64,000 nt of DNA, from positions 3,898 through 67,897 of the forward strand of contig CAYHTZ010000006.1 of NCBI GenBank assembly GCA_964359735.1, written 5' to 3'. Under the pieces are notes generated by a model, which had not been told where the DNA came from, made no database searches, and saw only the letters and a list, made by a program, of their open reading frames with translations. Position numbers and translations under genes: made by a program. Each line of letters begins with the position of its first letter. Positions within the stretch are counted from its first letter, which is position 1. The DNA comes from an uncultured Candidatus Saccharibacteria bacterium. GTDB lineage: Bacteria > Patescibacteriota > Andersenbacteria > UBA10190. Of the stretch, positions 9,317 to 18,505 are shown piece after piece.

Positions 9317-9381
9317 GAGGTTATTGAACCTGATTTTTGCGAAGTGGGCAAGGTGTGGTAGTGTGAAAATACAACTTTATA

Positions 9382-9534
9382 GCTCCAGGGTGGCGTGAAA
9401 TTCGCCAATCGGACGTATAGCCGTCGACCCAGCACCCTTTCGAAAGGGTGCTGGGATGACCATGTGAGACTCATGGGCCGACCGTACAGTCGGGACCCCG
9501 CATATGCGGGGTGCGTAAGAACGCAGAAAGGAGT
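9382..9534 (+). ncRNA. FMN (RFN) riboswitch-like element, variant with insertion
   Basis: GGCGTGAAATTCGCC, ACGTATAGCCGT, P4 hairpin CCCAGCACCCTTTCGAAAGGGTGCTGGG, CATGTGAGACTCATG, GCCGACCGTACAGTCGG; P1 GCTCC/GGAGT includes the RBS. Confidence 0.8.
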
Positions 9535-9539
9535 CAGGT

Positions 9540-10454
9540 ATGAACCAAACACAACTTGGATCGTTGGCGGTGATTGTGGCAGCCCTCTTGTGGAGCCTAG
9601 ATGGGTATCTTCGGCAATCGCTCTATTCGTTGCCGCCGACCGTTGTCGTGTTTTGGGAGCACGTGGTGGGATTCGTCATTTTGCTGCCGATCATACTAGC
9701 GACACTGCGCCGTTTTCGAGAGGTGACAAAAAAGCAGTGGTGGGCAATTGCGCTGGTATCATTTCTATCTGGAGCGCTGGGAACAATTCTCTACACCGCA
9801 GCGCTGGGGAAGGCGCAATACATTCCCTTTTCAGTGGTGGTGTTCTTGCAGCAATTGCAGCCGGTGTTTGCCATCTCCGCCGCCGCGCTGCTTCTTAAGG
9901 AGCCTATCGGAAAGCGCTTTGCGCTCCTTGCGGCGCTGGCACTGGTGGCGGCCTATTTCATTTCATTCCCAGATCTCACCGTGGCCGCGACCAAGGCGGG
10001 TACGTTTCTGGCAGCCATCATGGCGCTGGGCGCGGCTGCGAGCTGGGGAGCGTCCACGGCCTTTTCGAAATATGCTCTCAAGGATACGTCGTTCTTACAT
10101 ATTACGGCGGCACGATTTGGTTTGGCACCAATCTTTGCGCTCGTTTTAGCTTTTATGTTAGGGCACTCATCTTCCCTTCTTGCCTTAAGCGGACCGCAGT
10201 GGGGGAAGATCGTGGCCATTACATTTTCTACGGGTCTGGTGGCGCTGGCGATTTACTACTTTGGCCTAAAAAGAATTCCTGCCTCTCGTTCGACACTGCT
10301 CGAGCTTACTTGGCCGCTTTCGGCCGCGCTGGTCGGGTTCTTTTTTCTCGGAGATAGGCTCACTGGCACTCAGTGGCTGGGAGCGCTGGTTTTGATAGTC
10401 GTTATCTACCTTGTTGAACGGGATGCGGAGAGAGTGACACGTCAGCCGGCATAG
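9540..10454 (+). CDS. EamA/DMT family transporter, candidate riboflavin transporter (RibN-like role)
   Basis: About 10 TM helices, two EamA repeats (LQPVF...LLKE; ELTWP...LGDRL); downstream of RFN-like RNA. Confidence 0.88.
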   Translation: MNQTQLGSLAVIVAALLWSLDGYLRQSLYSLPPTVVVFWEHVVGFVILLPIILATLRRFREVTKKQWWAIALVSFLSGALGTILYTAALGKAQYIPFSVVVFLQQLQPVFAISAAALLLKEPIGKRFALLAALALVAAYFISFPDLTVAATKAGTFLAAIMALGAAASWGASTAFSKYALKDTSFLHITAARFGLAPIFALVLAFMLGHSSSLLALSGPQWGKIVAITFSTGLVALAIYYFGLKRIPASRSTLLELTWPLSAALVGFFFLGDRLTGTQWLGALVLIVVIYLVERDAERVTRQPA

Positions 10455-10524
10455 GCCTGAATACGGGCTATACTACTGAGCTTGGAATGTGTGATAGATC
10501 TGTATTATAGTGGAAGGAATTCTT

Positions 10525-11148
10525 ATGATTTTTTTTAAGTCCCATACCACGATTTTTGATGAGTTTGAGAAAATGAATGTGGTTTTGCTGGAAGCGGGGG
10601 CTAAACTCTTAGAAGTGCCAAAGAGTATTCCGGAGGCACTTGGCGAATGTGCTCGGGAGGTGTCAGAATTGCAGAGAAAAGCAAACGAAGCCCGGCACGC
10701 GATAGCGGACGAGATTGATAAGTCGTTTGTGACACCTTTAGACAGAGAGGATCTGCATGTCTTAGTCGTGCGGCTGGATGCCACTCTTGATCATGCCGAG
10801 AATGCGGTTTCGAATCTCGTGGTATATGGAGTGAAGACAGCGCGTGATCCGCTGGCTGAGTTTTGTGAGACGGTCAACCAGGCCATCAAAGAATGTGTCT
10901 CCTGTGTACGAGTCCTGCGGCAGCACAAAAAACTGGAGCGGATACGACAACACTTTCAGGAACTTCATCGATTAGAAATGAAGGGGGACATCTTGTTGCA
11001 GATGGCTCTTAAGGAGCTATTTTCGCACGAACAGGATGTGCGCGAAATAATGATTTGGAAAGACATTTTTCTTTCGTTTGAGAGATCGCTTGATCGCGGG
11101 GAAGATGTCGCCGATGTCTTGGAAGGCATTTTGATCAAGAACACCTAG
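10525..11148 (+). CDS. DUF47 / PhoU-like phosphate transport regulator
   Basis: SFVTPLDREDL, LEMKGD, DRGEDVADVLEGI; adjacent to PiT. Confidence 0.93.
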   Translation: MIFFKSHTTIFDEFEKMNVVLLEAGAKLLEVPKSIPEALGECAREVSELQRKANEARHAIADEIDKSFVTPLDREDLHVLVVRLDATLDHAENAVSNLVVYGVKTARDPLAEFCETVNQAIKECVSCVRVLRQHKKLERIRQHFQELHRLEMKGDILLQMALKELFSHEQDVREIMIWKDIFLSFERSLDRGEDVADVLEGILIKNT

Positions 11149-11151
11149 GGC

Positions 11152-12147
11152 ATGTTCGGGCCAGAGTTTCTGTATGTGAGTGTAGTAGTGGTGATTGCTT
11201 GGTTGTACGACTATTACAATGGTGCGAACGATGCGGCGAATGCCATTGCCACTACAGTTTCGACCCGTGTGTTGTCACCAGGTAAGGCGCTGGCTCTGGC
11301 GGCCCTGCTGAATGGGGCAGGGGCGTTTGTGAGTACGCGGGTGGCTAAGACAATCGGTAAGGGTATAGTAGACCCAGAACTGCTGGGTGGAGTTGTATTG
11401 ATAGCAGCACTTATCGGTGCGGTGGTGTGGGTGGCACTTTCCACGCGAATGGGGTTGCCGGTGAGCGTGACTCACGCGCTGGTGGGAGGAATTATTGGGG
11501 CAGTGGCGATACCGCATCATTTCGGCGTGCTGAAGGTGGCGGGCCTAAGCAAAATCTTGCTTGGTATTGTTCTGTCGCCGTTGTTGGGGCTTTTGGGAGC
11601 GGCACTGCTGTTGATACTATTGTATGCCTTGTCGCTTCGCTCCACTGCCGCTTCAGTGCAGCGTCGCTATAGTGTGTTGCAGCTTGTGTCTGCAGCTTGG
11701 ATGGCTTTATCCCATGGTATGAATGACACGCAGAATGCCATGGCCATGATCACGGTGGCTCTCTATACCACGGGGGCGATTCAGGAATTTGAGGTGCCTT
11801 GGTGGGTGCTGGTTGGGTCTGGCCTATTTATGGCACTGGGAACGTATGCGGGGGGCTGGCGAGTGATTAAGACACTGGGAATGCGCATCGCAAAGATTCG
11901 CCCGATTCATGGATTCGCAGCCGAGACTGCGGCCGGGGGAGTAATTATGGCAGCAACGTTCCTAGGTATTCCGATTAGTACGACGCATGCTATTACCGGT
12001 GCGGTACTAGGGGTAAGCGTGGCGGAGCGTCCTCGCGCCGTGCGTTGGTATGTAACGCGAGATATTGTGTTAGCGTGGATATTCACCATTCCGGGGTCTG
12101 CGATTTTAGCCGGCGTGGTATATGCTCTCCTCCGCCTCTTCTTTTAA
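11152..12147 (+). CDS. pit: Inorganic phosphate transporter, PiT family
   Basis: NGANDAANAIAT, GLPVSVTHA, HGMNDTQ, GIPISTTH. Confidence 0.96.
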   Translation: MFGPEFLYVSVVVVIAWLYDYYNGANDAANAIATTVSTRVLSPGKALALAALLNGAGAFVSTRVAKTIGKGIVDPELLGGVVLIAALIGAVVWVALSTRMGLPVSVTHALVGGIIGAVAIPHHFGVLKVAGLSKILLGIVLSPLLGLLGAALLLILLYALSLRSTAASVQRRYSVLQLVSAAWMALSHGMNDTQNAMAMITVALYTTGAIQEFEVPWWVLVGSGLFMALGTYAGGWRVIKTLGMRIAKIRPIHGFAAETAAGGVIMAATFLGIPISTTHAITGAVLGVSVAERPRAVRWYVTRDIVLAWIFTIPGSAILAGVVYALLRLFF

Positions 12148-12195
12148 AGGTAGCTAGCGCAGGCAGGACATCTGAGCGGGGGCTATACTGGGGGC

Positions 12196-13497
12196 ATGTC
12201 CTCCTTTGCTGGGCGCTACGTGCCGAGAGGCAGCGTGGTCTTGGCGGCAACTACATTTGGTTCGTACGCGCTAGGGCTGTTGCGCGACCGAATTTTTGCA
12301 CAAAGGTTTGGGTTATCAGAAAGCCTCGATAGTTACAATGCGGCGTTCCTCGTACCGGATTTCCTTTTTAACCTCTTAGTGGCCAGCGGTATTGCAGCGG
12401 CTACGGTGCCGCTCTACCTAGAAATTAAGAAACGCAACGCCAAGCAAGCAGATGTTTATATTTCAGCGCTGCTTACCTTGGCGACGATCGTTATGCTGGT
12501 TGTCAGTATAGTAGTGGTAATTTTTGCACCGCAGTTTAGCCTGCTCGTGGCGCCAGGGCTTTCGGAGGGAGGACAAGTGATGGTTGTAAGCCTGATGCGA
12601 GTTTTGGCGTTTTCTTCTGTGCTCTTTGCCGCATCGAACACATTAGGAGCAATGTTGGTGGCGAAGAAGCGCTTTTTCTGGTATGGAGTCTCCCCCATTT
12701 TATATAACGTGGGCATTATTGGGGGAAGTCTTTGGTTGGCACCACGGTTTGGCATCCAAGGTGTGGCGTACGGAACACTGGCGGGAGCCGTACTCCATTT
12801 AGCGGTGCGCTTTTGGGATGCCTGGCAGTCTGGCTGGCGCTGGCGAGAAGATCGGTTCCCGAAACAGGAACTTGTCCGCACCTTTAAGCTGATGCTGCCT
12901 AAAATGGTGGGGCACCCAGTGGAGCTGGCTACCTTTTGGATATTTACGACGCTGGCTTCAACGCTTGGAGCAGGCTCGATCAGCGCGCTCAACTTTGCGC
13001 GTAACTTTCAGAGCGTACCGGTGAGTCTCTTGGGAATCGCCATGGCCACGGCTGTCTTTCCTTCGCTCTCCGAAGCGGCACTGACGTCCGCCAGCGAACT
13101 CAAGAAACTTTTTCACCGCACGGCGCTTTCCATCTTGGTAGTCAGTGCCGCGGCTGCCATATTTCTCTACCTTATACGGGCCCCACTCGTGGCGATTCTT
13201 TTGGGTGGGGGAAGTTTCGATGGTGACGCCGTAATGCGAGTGGCGGTTACACTCGGGATATTTTGTCTTTCGATCCCAACCGAATCGCTCTCCCATCTTT
13301 TTGCGCGCGCGTTTTATGCCGTGCAGGATACCCTAATTCCTGTGGCGTTTAGTGTGGCCAGTTTGGTAGTAGCCGGCATTTCTGCGTGGTGGTTTATTCA
13401 ACGCATGGGGATTATCGGTCTCCCTCTCGGGTTTTTCTTAGGAAGCGCGGTGAAAACGGCGGGGCTGTACGTGGTGTTTGTTAGCCGGAGGAGTTGA
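12196..13497 (+). CDS. murJ: Lipid II flippase MurJ (MviN), short form
   Basis: LGLLRDRIFA, AAFLVPDFL, RAFYAVQDT..P. Confidence 0.93.
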   Translation: MSSFAGRYVPRGSVVLAATTFGSYALGLLRDRIFAQRFGLSESLDSYNAAFLVPDFLFNLLVASGIAAATVPLYLEIKKRNAKQADVYISALLTLATIVMLVVSIVVVIFAPQFSLLVAPGLSEGGQVMVVSLMRVLAFSSVLFAASNTLGAMLVAKKRFFWYGVSPILYNVGIIGGSLWLAPRFGIQGVAYGTLAGAVLHLAVRFWDAWQSGWRWREDRFPKQELVRTFKLMLPKMVGHPVELATFWIFTTLASTLGAGSISALNFARNFQSVPVSLLGIAMATAVFPSLSEAALTSASELKKLFHRTALSILVVSAAAAIFLYLIRAPLVAILLGGGSFDGDAVMRVAVTLGIFCLSIPTESLSHLFARAFYAVQDTLIPVAFSVASLVVAGISAWWFIQRMGIIGLPLGFFLGSAVKTAGLYVVFVSRRS

Positions 13498-13528
13498 ATT
13501 TAAACGGGGGCAGGATTACCGTCTTGGT

Positions 13529-14071
13529 ATGAGCAGGGGGCTAACGATTATATTGAGTTGGCTGGTAGCGCTGGGTCTTATCGCCCTGGCGCTGGTCTTT
13601 GGGGAAGGAGCAAAAAATGTGCGAGCGCAAATGATGCCTCCTGGCCCTACACCGACCGCCACGATGGCCGTGGAAAGGGGTGCTTGTTTTGTTCCGGATA
13701 TTATTGGCTGCAGGAATGGTGAGACTCGCAAGGCCTGTGAAAAAGATTTGGGTGGAAGCTTTTTTGCGGGCGGGGTTTGCCCTGAAGAGAAGTATTCCGA
13801 GTGTAACCGCGGTCACGTGATTTACGATGGCGAGGGCCGGTTGGATATTGGCAGCTGTGACACAAAAACTGATTTGGAAATTTTTCGAGAGTACCAGGAG
13901 TGGTTTAACGCTCGTATGGTACGACGGTGCGCTGAATTTGATACGCCAGGACAGTGCCGCTTTGATGGAACGTACTTCGGTCCGCGTGTTAAGGATATTG
14001 ATATAAGCGAAGATGGAAAGACGTGCACGATCCAAGTGGAGGCTTGGTACCGCTGCGTCAGGACGTATTGA
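13529..14071 (+). CDS. Hypothetical secreted Cys-rich protein
   Basis: Signal/TM helix; GACF...C...C...GG.F..G..C. Confidence 0.65.
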   Translation: MSRGLTIILSWLVALGLIALALVFGEGAKNVRAQMMPPGPTPTATMAVERGACFVPDIIGCRNGETRKACEKDLGGSFFAGGVCPEEKYSECNRGHVIYDGEGRLDIGSCDTKTDLEIFREYQEWFNARMVRRCAEFDTPGQCRFDGTYFGPRVKDIDISEDGKTCTIQVEAWYRCVRTY

Positions 14072-14080
14072 TTTCAGGGG

Positions 14081-14920
14081 TTACCCAACCACGATAATTA
14101 CTTTTTTGCCTTTGGTGATGTCGCGGTCGGCGCGCCAGTCGTGCATGGCGTTCATGACGGTACTTTCTGAAAAAAGGAAGTCGGCACCACGGCGGGTGCC
14201 CGGGTCGTTGGTGATAAACTTGCCATCGGCGGTATAGCCTTTGATCACGAACATGTGGTAGAGAGGGCCAGGTGGGGTGTAGTATGGGTTGCCTAATAGG
14301 CGGCCGGCGGCGGGGACGATGACGAGTTTGCCGGCGGTGACAGCTTCTTTAATTTGCGCGACGGTTGGGTTGTCGATGAGTTTTACCGCATCGATTTTAA
14401 AGTATTCACGCAAGATCACGGCTGTTTCTGCGGCGGTTGTGTCCTCGTAGTACCCGAAACGCTTTTCCTCAAAGGCTTTGATAGCAAGCATGTCTTTATC
14501 CGCGGATTCAGGGCTCGGAATTTTTTCTCCGCTCAGATATTTCGCAGTCATGAGCACGGAGGCTTCCTCACAGAATTCTTTGTACGGGGCTTCCCAATTA
14601 GCAAAAGGGGCTTGCACAGTGAAAGGAACAGCCAAGTTTACTTCTTCTGCTAGCTCGGCTGGTCCCGTTCCAGACCCGGTCCCAACGGGACCGGCATTCC
14701 CGCCAGGGGCGGGACTTGTCTGGAACGGGATGGGCTCAGCGATGGGCAGCGAAACTTTCTCTTTGACTTGTTCGTACTCCACTGCTTCAGGCAAGGTAGC
14801 GCGCTGGACCGCGCGGCGAATATCATGGCGGTTAAAATAGAACCCCACGGCGGAGACCAGGAGGGCAGCCACAATGGCAGCTATGATGATGTTTCGCGTC
14901 TGGTTTTTTGCTCTCCTCAT
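14081..14920 (-). CDS. C39-like (papain-fold) peptidase, membrane anchored
   Basis: VPFTVQAP, CEEAS (Cys), YHMFVIKGY (His), FITNDPG (Asp). Confidence 0.88.
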   Translation of the reverse strand: MRRAKNQTRNIIIAAIVAALLVSAVGFYFNRHDIRRAVQRATLPEAVEYEQVKEKVSLPIAEPIPFQTSPAPGGNAGPVGTGSGTGPAELAEEVNLAVPFTVQAPFANWEAPYKEFCEEASVLMTAKYLSGEKIPSPESADKDMLAIKAFEEKRFGYYEDTTAAETAVILREYFKIDAVKLIDNPTVAQIKEAVTAGKLVIVPAAGRLLGNPYYTPPGPLYHMFVIKGYTADGKFITNDPGTRRGADFLFSESTVMNAMHDWRADRDITKGKKVIIVVG

Positions 14921-14929
14921 AAATATAGT

Positions 14930-15100
14930 TTACCTGATCTCTGGCCCCACTCTATACGCTTCCAGTTTTTCTTTGGCAAGGGTGACCACAGCCTGGGCAG
15001 AGCCGCCCCGCGCGGTGAAAGCTGACCAGCTGGTAATGTGCGAGCGAGTTGTACCATCAGCGCTAATCTCCCAAATCTTGGGGTTGCCGGCAACAATTCT
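14930..15100 (-). pseudogene. Orphan 3' fragment of a surface-protein repeat domain
   Basis: RIVAGNPKIWEISADGTTRSHITSWSAFTARGG...EKLEAYRVGPEIR* preceded by in-frame TAG, no start. Confidence 0.5.
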
Positions 15101-15167
15101 CTAGCGGTTTTTAATCTCTATTGATATCGTAAATGCAATGCAAGCTATTTGAAGGAGGTGATTCGTA

Positions 15168-15485
15168 ATGGCAGATCAGCAAATGACGAATATGCCAGTT
15201 TCAGAAGGAGACGGGGGTGGCGGCATGGGCACCGGTATGGTGGTAGGGGTTATTGTGGTCATTCTGATCATCATAGGTCTCTTCATCATCTTTGGACGGG
15301 GGGAAACGCCAGCTACGACCGGGCCGGCGGCTCCTGAGGAAGCAGGTACTCAAGAAGGAGCGAGAACCCAAGAAGACGCCGGAGCAGAAGTAAACCTCCC
15401 TTCGGCGGTTGATCTCAACGTGAACCAGGGACAGCAGCCAGCGTCGGAAGGAGCAATGGAAAAGAAAGTGTCACCGCAGCCTTAG
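15168..15485 (+). CDS. Small single-pass membrane protein
   Basis: AAGGAGGTGA RBS; one TM helix; acidic tail. Confidence 0.8.
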   Translation: MADQQMTNMPVSEGDGGGGMGTGMVVGVIVVILIIIGLFIIFGRGETPATTGPAAPEEAGTQEGARTQEDAGAEVNLPSAVDLNVNQGQQPASEGAMEKKVSPQP

Positions 15486-15542
15486 TCGTACTGGCGGAGC
15501 GAATATTTAAAAAACAGGGAACGAACTATCTTCCCTGTTTTT

Positions 15543-15869
15543 ATGCGATGTGATATTATAAATGTAGAACGCAGGATCGCGGCGCTGCAGGCCGCGGGCC
15601 ATGATATTACCGTGGAGACGGAACTCGCCGCTGTGAAGGCAGCCGTGGCGGATGCGCAAGCACAGATCGATGCCGTGTTAGCCAAACTAGAAGAAATTCC
15701 TGATAGTGAAAAGCCGCGGGATGTTATGATGCAAGTGAAGGAACTGGTACAGGGCCTGCGCGATGATTTGAAAAAGGTACGTGACGCTTTTCATGCGTTG
15801 AGTAAAGCAGTGCGTGATGATGTGCGCGCATCCATTTCTCCTTCTCCAACGGTAACGGTAACGCCATGA
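15543..15869 (+). pseudogene. Probable 5'-truncated coiled-coil protein
   Basis: Heptad-rich C-terminal-looking segment lacking signal peptide; ATGA overlap with next gene. Confidence 0.5.
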
Positions 15870-16126
15870 AGCAATCGAATCTCATTTGGGTAATACTGGT
15901 TGTGATTGTTCTCGTGTTGGGTGTTGTCTGGGCAATGAAGAAGAGCGGGGTTACGTATGATTCGACCTCACGTCTTGAGTACGAGTCGACTTCAATGGGT
16001 GACACAATGGTAGGCCCGGAGCAAGGCATGGATGACCTCGCCACTGAAACTGAAAGTAGTGCTGCCCTGGATAGCAGCGTGGATTCGGATTTGCAACACC
16101 TCGATAAAGAACTGCAGGGAATCTAG
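15866..16126 (+). CDS. Small membrane-anchored protein
   Basis: N-terminal TM; acidic 'DSDLQHLDKELQGI' tail. Confidence 0.75.
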   Translation: MKQSNLIWVILVVIVLVLGVVWAMKKSGVTYDSTSRLEYESTSMGDTMVGPEQGMDDLATETESSAALDSSVDSDLQHLDKELQGI

Positions 16127-16188
16127 CATTTTCCACTCACTTGCGGGGCTGTGCCGGGAGCGGTACATATAGTAGTTATCCAAGAATC

Positions 16189-16899
16189 ATGAAGCGCTGG
16201 ATTTTTCTGAGTGCATTTTTGGCGGCCGCCGGGGTTGCCAGTTTGTGGTGGTCACAAGGAGCGCCAGCGCCTTCAGCTCCCGCTCCCACTGAGGTTCCGG
16301 CACTGGTCGCGCAACTGCCCGTCGCAGAAGAGGTTGAGGCGGCGTCCCCACCTTCTCTCAATGCGGAGGTAGCATTTGTGGGGCCGCGGGAGAATATCCC
16401 GGCCGAGGCGCCGACAGCTCATGGGTTTTGGTCGTTTGCACAAGCGGTGCCAGGAGCGCTTTCTCGCTCGGGGCAACCTTTAGTAAGTGAATTCGAGTGG
16501 TTGAAGAATCAGGGGTGGAAAAGCGTGGTGAATTTGCGGACAGATGGCGAGCGCTTGGAAATAGGGGACGATGCAAAGCTGCCTGGCTTCCTAGAGTTAG
16601 GTTTGCAATATATGCATTTACCCATGCGTGACGGCAGCCCGCCTACTTCGCAGCAGGCAGAGTCGTTCTTAGTATTTGTGACGAAATCAGAGAATCAACC
16701 CGTGCATGTGCACTGCCGCGGCGGCATCGGCCGGGCGGGCACAATGACAGCACTCTATCGCTACGCCGTGCAAGGTTGGCCGATGCAAGAAGCGATTGCC
16801 GAATCTCGTCTCTTCGAAGGAGGTGTCAGCGATTCACAAAAGCAGTGGCTCCTCGAGTGGGCAAGTACAAATTTGCCGGGGAATTATGGCAAAACGTAG
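16189..16899 (+). CDS. Exported tyrosine/dual-specificity phosphatase
   Basis: VHCRGGIGRAG CX5R loop; RSGQP, VVNLR; N-terminal signal/anchor. Confidence 0.9.
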   Translation: MKRWIFLSAFLAAAGVASLWWSQGAPAPSAPAPTEVPALVAQLPVAEEVEAASPPSLNAEVAFVGPRENIPAEAPTAHGFWSFAQAVPGALSRSGQPLVSEFEWLKNQGWKSVVNLRTDGERLEIGDDAKLPGFLELGLQYMHLPMRDGSPPTSQQAESFLVFVTKSENQPVHVHCRGGIGRAGTMTALYRYAVQGWPMQEAIAESRLFEGGVSDSQKQWLLEWASTNLPGNYGKT

Positions 16900-16941
16900 A
16901 GCCGACTCTTATCAGTGTGGATTTGTAGTAAGTTGCTACAA

Positions 16942-16971
16942 ACACTCCCATATTTTGAAATATGGGAGTGT
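16942..16971. promoter_or_regulatory. Palindrome downstream of TrpR-like gene (operator-like copy 1)
   Basis: ACACTCCCATATTT-TG-AAATATGGGAGTGT. Confidence 0.6.
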
Positions 16972-16977
16972 AAAAGT

Positions 16978-17433
16978 TTAGAGATCGCCTAGGAGTAGGC
17001 GGAAGAGAAGCATGCGGCTGTCGCCTCGCAGTGACCGTTGTAATTCCGGCGGAAAGTCATCAACTAGACTGCGCTGTCGGGCCCGGGCTGCGCGCTTTTT
17101 TCTACGGCTTCTAGCTTTTGCTAATCGTTTTTGACCTTCGCGAATTAATTGATACTCGTAGGCAGCATCAGTGAGCCAACGATCAACCCCGCCTATGGTG
17201 GAAGTTCCTGCACCCAATTTCCGCTGAATTTGCTCGTAGGTAAGACCGCTCACTAACATTTCTGCCACTTCCCAACGGCGCATGAGCATGACTACTTCAC
17301 TTTCAGTCAATAAGCGGTTCAAAAAGAATCGCACCTGTTCTTTCTTTTTAAGTGAGGCGATGATCTCTGCCAGGCGATCGAGAAATGCGCGTCGCTTTTC
17401 TGGTGCCAGTTTTCGGTAGTTATACCTTGCCAT
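16978..17433 (-). CDS. YerC/YecD family TrpR-like repressor
   Basis: LLTESEVVML.RRW.VAEML..G.TY.QI...LGAG.STI..V. Confidence 0.9.
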   Translation of the reverse strand: MARYNYRKLAPEKRRAFLDRLAEIIASLKKKEQVRFFLNRLLTESEVVMLMRRWEVAEMLVSGLTYEQIQRKLGAGTSTIGGVDRWLTDAAYEYQLIREGQKRLAKARSRRKKRAARARQRSLVDDFPPELQRSLRGDSRMLLFRLLLGDL

Positions 17434-17453
17434 GTCCTTAATACCTTCAATTA

Positions 17454-17493
17454 TTATTTTACTCCTATATTTCAAAATATAGGAGTAAAATAA
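17454..17493. promoter_or_regulatory. 19-bp-arm palindrome upstream of TrpR-like gene (operator-like copy 2)
   Basis: TTATTTTACTCCTATATTT-CA-AAATATAGGAGTAAAATAA. Confidence 0.65.
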
Positions 17494-17518
17494 GTGTGTA
17501 TATCTTTTAGCCGGGGCT

Positions 17519-17644
17519 CTATAAGCCGGCGGCAATGAGCTGATCGCGGAGAGATGTGATTTCGAGAATGGCGGTTTGGGCTAGGTTGCCGGCGGCGATT
17601 TGCTTTTCAAGCTCGCTCTGGAAACTTTTAAAGTCTGCCTGCAT
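17519..17644 (-). pseudogene. Short ORF or orphan 3' gene fragment (41 aa)
   Basis: MQADFKSFQSELEKQIAAGNLAQTAILEITSLRDQLIAAGL*; protein-like amphipathic helix. Confidence 0.35.
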
Positions 17645-17660
17645 TCCCAGGCTTGTGTCA

Positions 17661-18140
17661 CTAAACTACTTTTTTGCGTCGGTAGATTGTGTATGCTCCA
17701 CCACCTGCGACTAGGGCGGCGAGAGTTATAATGATCACGCCTAAGCCACTATCTTCTGAGTTAGCTGGGATTGTTACAGGAACATTCGCTGGCTCATTAG
17801 TGGGTGTTGGAGAAGACTCTTTAGTGACGCCCAGGACTTCGCCCTCTGAGTCTGGTGTTGGACTAAGTACAGGTGCGGTGTTCGAGCTAGGAGATGGTGT
17901 AGGAGACGAAGCGATCATTTTGGTTGGGAGTGGTGTCGATTTTTTAGTTGTGATTGGGGGTAGCTGTGCTCCGCCACTGTGACAATGCCGTTCGTCCCAC
18001 GCCTCGCCCCACTTGTCACAGTTGGTTCGACAGTAATGGCAGCCATCTGAGGCGGTGTTGCCAGGATGGGCATACACAGGAGGACCCAGCACTAATGTGC
18101 TCAAGGTAATTGTTAGGAATACTTCTCCCCTAATAGTCAT
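17661..18140 (-). CDS. YHYH-like domain surface protein with C-terminal TM anchor
   Basis: AHPGNTASDGCHYCRTNC...RHCH; Pro/Thr linker; TM plus RRKK. Confidence 0.8.
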   Translation of the reverse strand: MTIRGEVFLTITLSTLVLGPPVYAHPGNTASDGCHYCRTNCDKWGEAWDERHCHSGGAQLPPITTKKSTPLPTKMIASSPTPSPSSNTAPVLSPTPDSEGEVLGVTKESSPTPTNEPANVPVTIPANSEDSGLGVIIITLAALVAGGGAYTIYRRKKVV

Positions 18141-18197
18141 AACTTTTTAAGTTACATTTTTCTACTATCTGAGTCAAGCTGTGAAGGAAGTTGAGCA

Positions 18198-18440
18198 CTA
18201 TAGTGGATCAGTCCAAGGGAAAATGATATTTGGCGGTATAATCAGCTTACCGAGTGTTTCTTCGCAAGCCGCCGTATCGGTTGGTAAATCGCCGCAAGTT
18301 AGGGATTGGTAAAAGACATTAGCATTGTGTGTACGGATCAATATCTGGTTTTGTTGGTATAGCAAAATGATCAAAACTGCTAAGAGAGTTAGGAAAATAT
18401 AAAGGCTTTTATTGAGGTTGTGATTAAAAACCTCGGGCAT
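18198..18440 (-). CDS. Small hypothetical membrane protein
   Basis: One TM helix; AT-rich. Confidence 0.5.
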   Translation of the reverse strand: MPEVFNHNLNKSLYIFLTLLAVLIILLYQQNQILIRTHNANVFYQSLTCGDLPTDTAACEETLGKLIIPPNIIFPWTDPL

Positions 18441-18505
18441 GGATTTACTTTATCACAATTTTCTTCTCACTTGAGCAAGGGGTGAAAGTGCCGCACCCTA
18501 GAGGT

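Noticed and set aside
9440-9525. Hairpin cluster as tRNA or terminator
   Set aside because: No cloverleaf, TTC loop or U-tract; fits the RFN fold.
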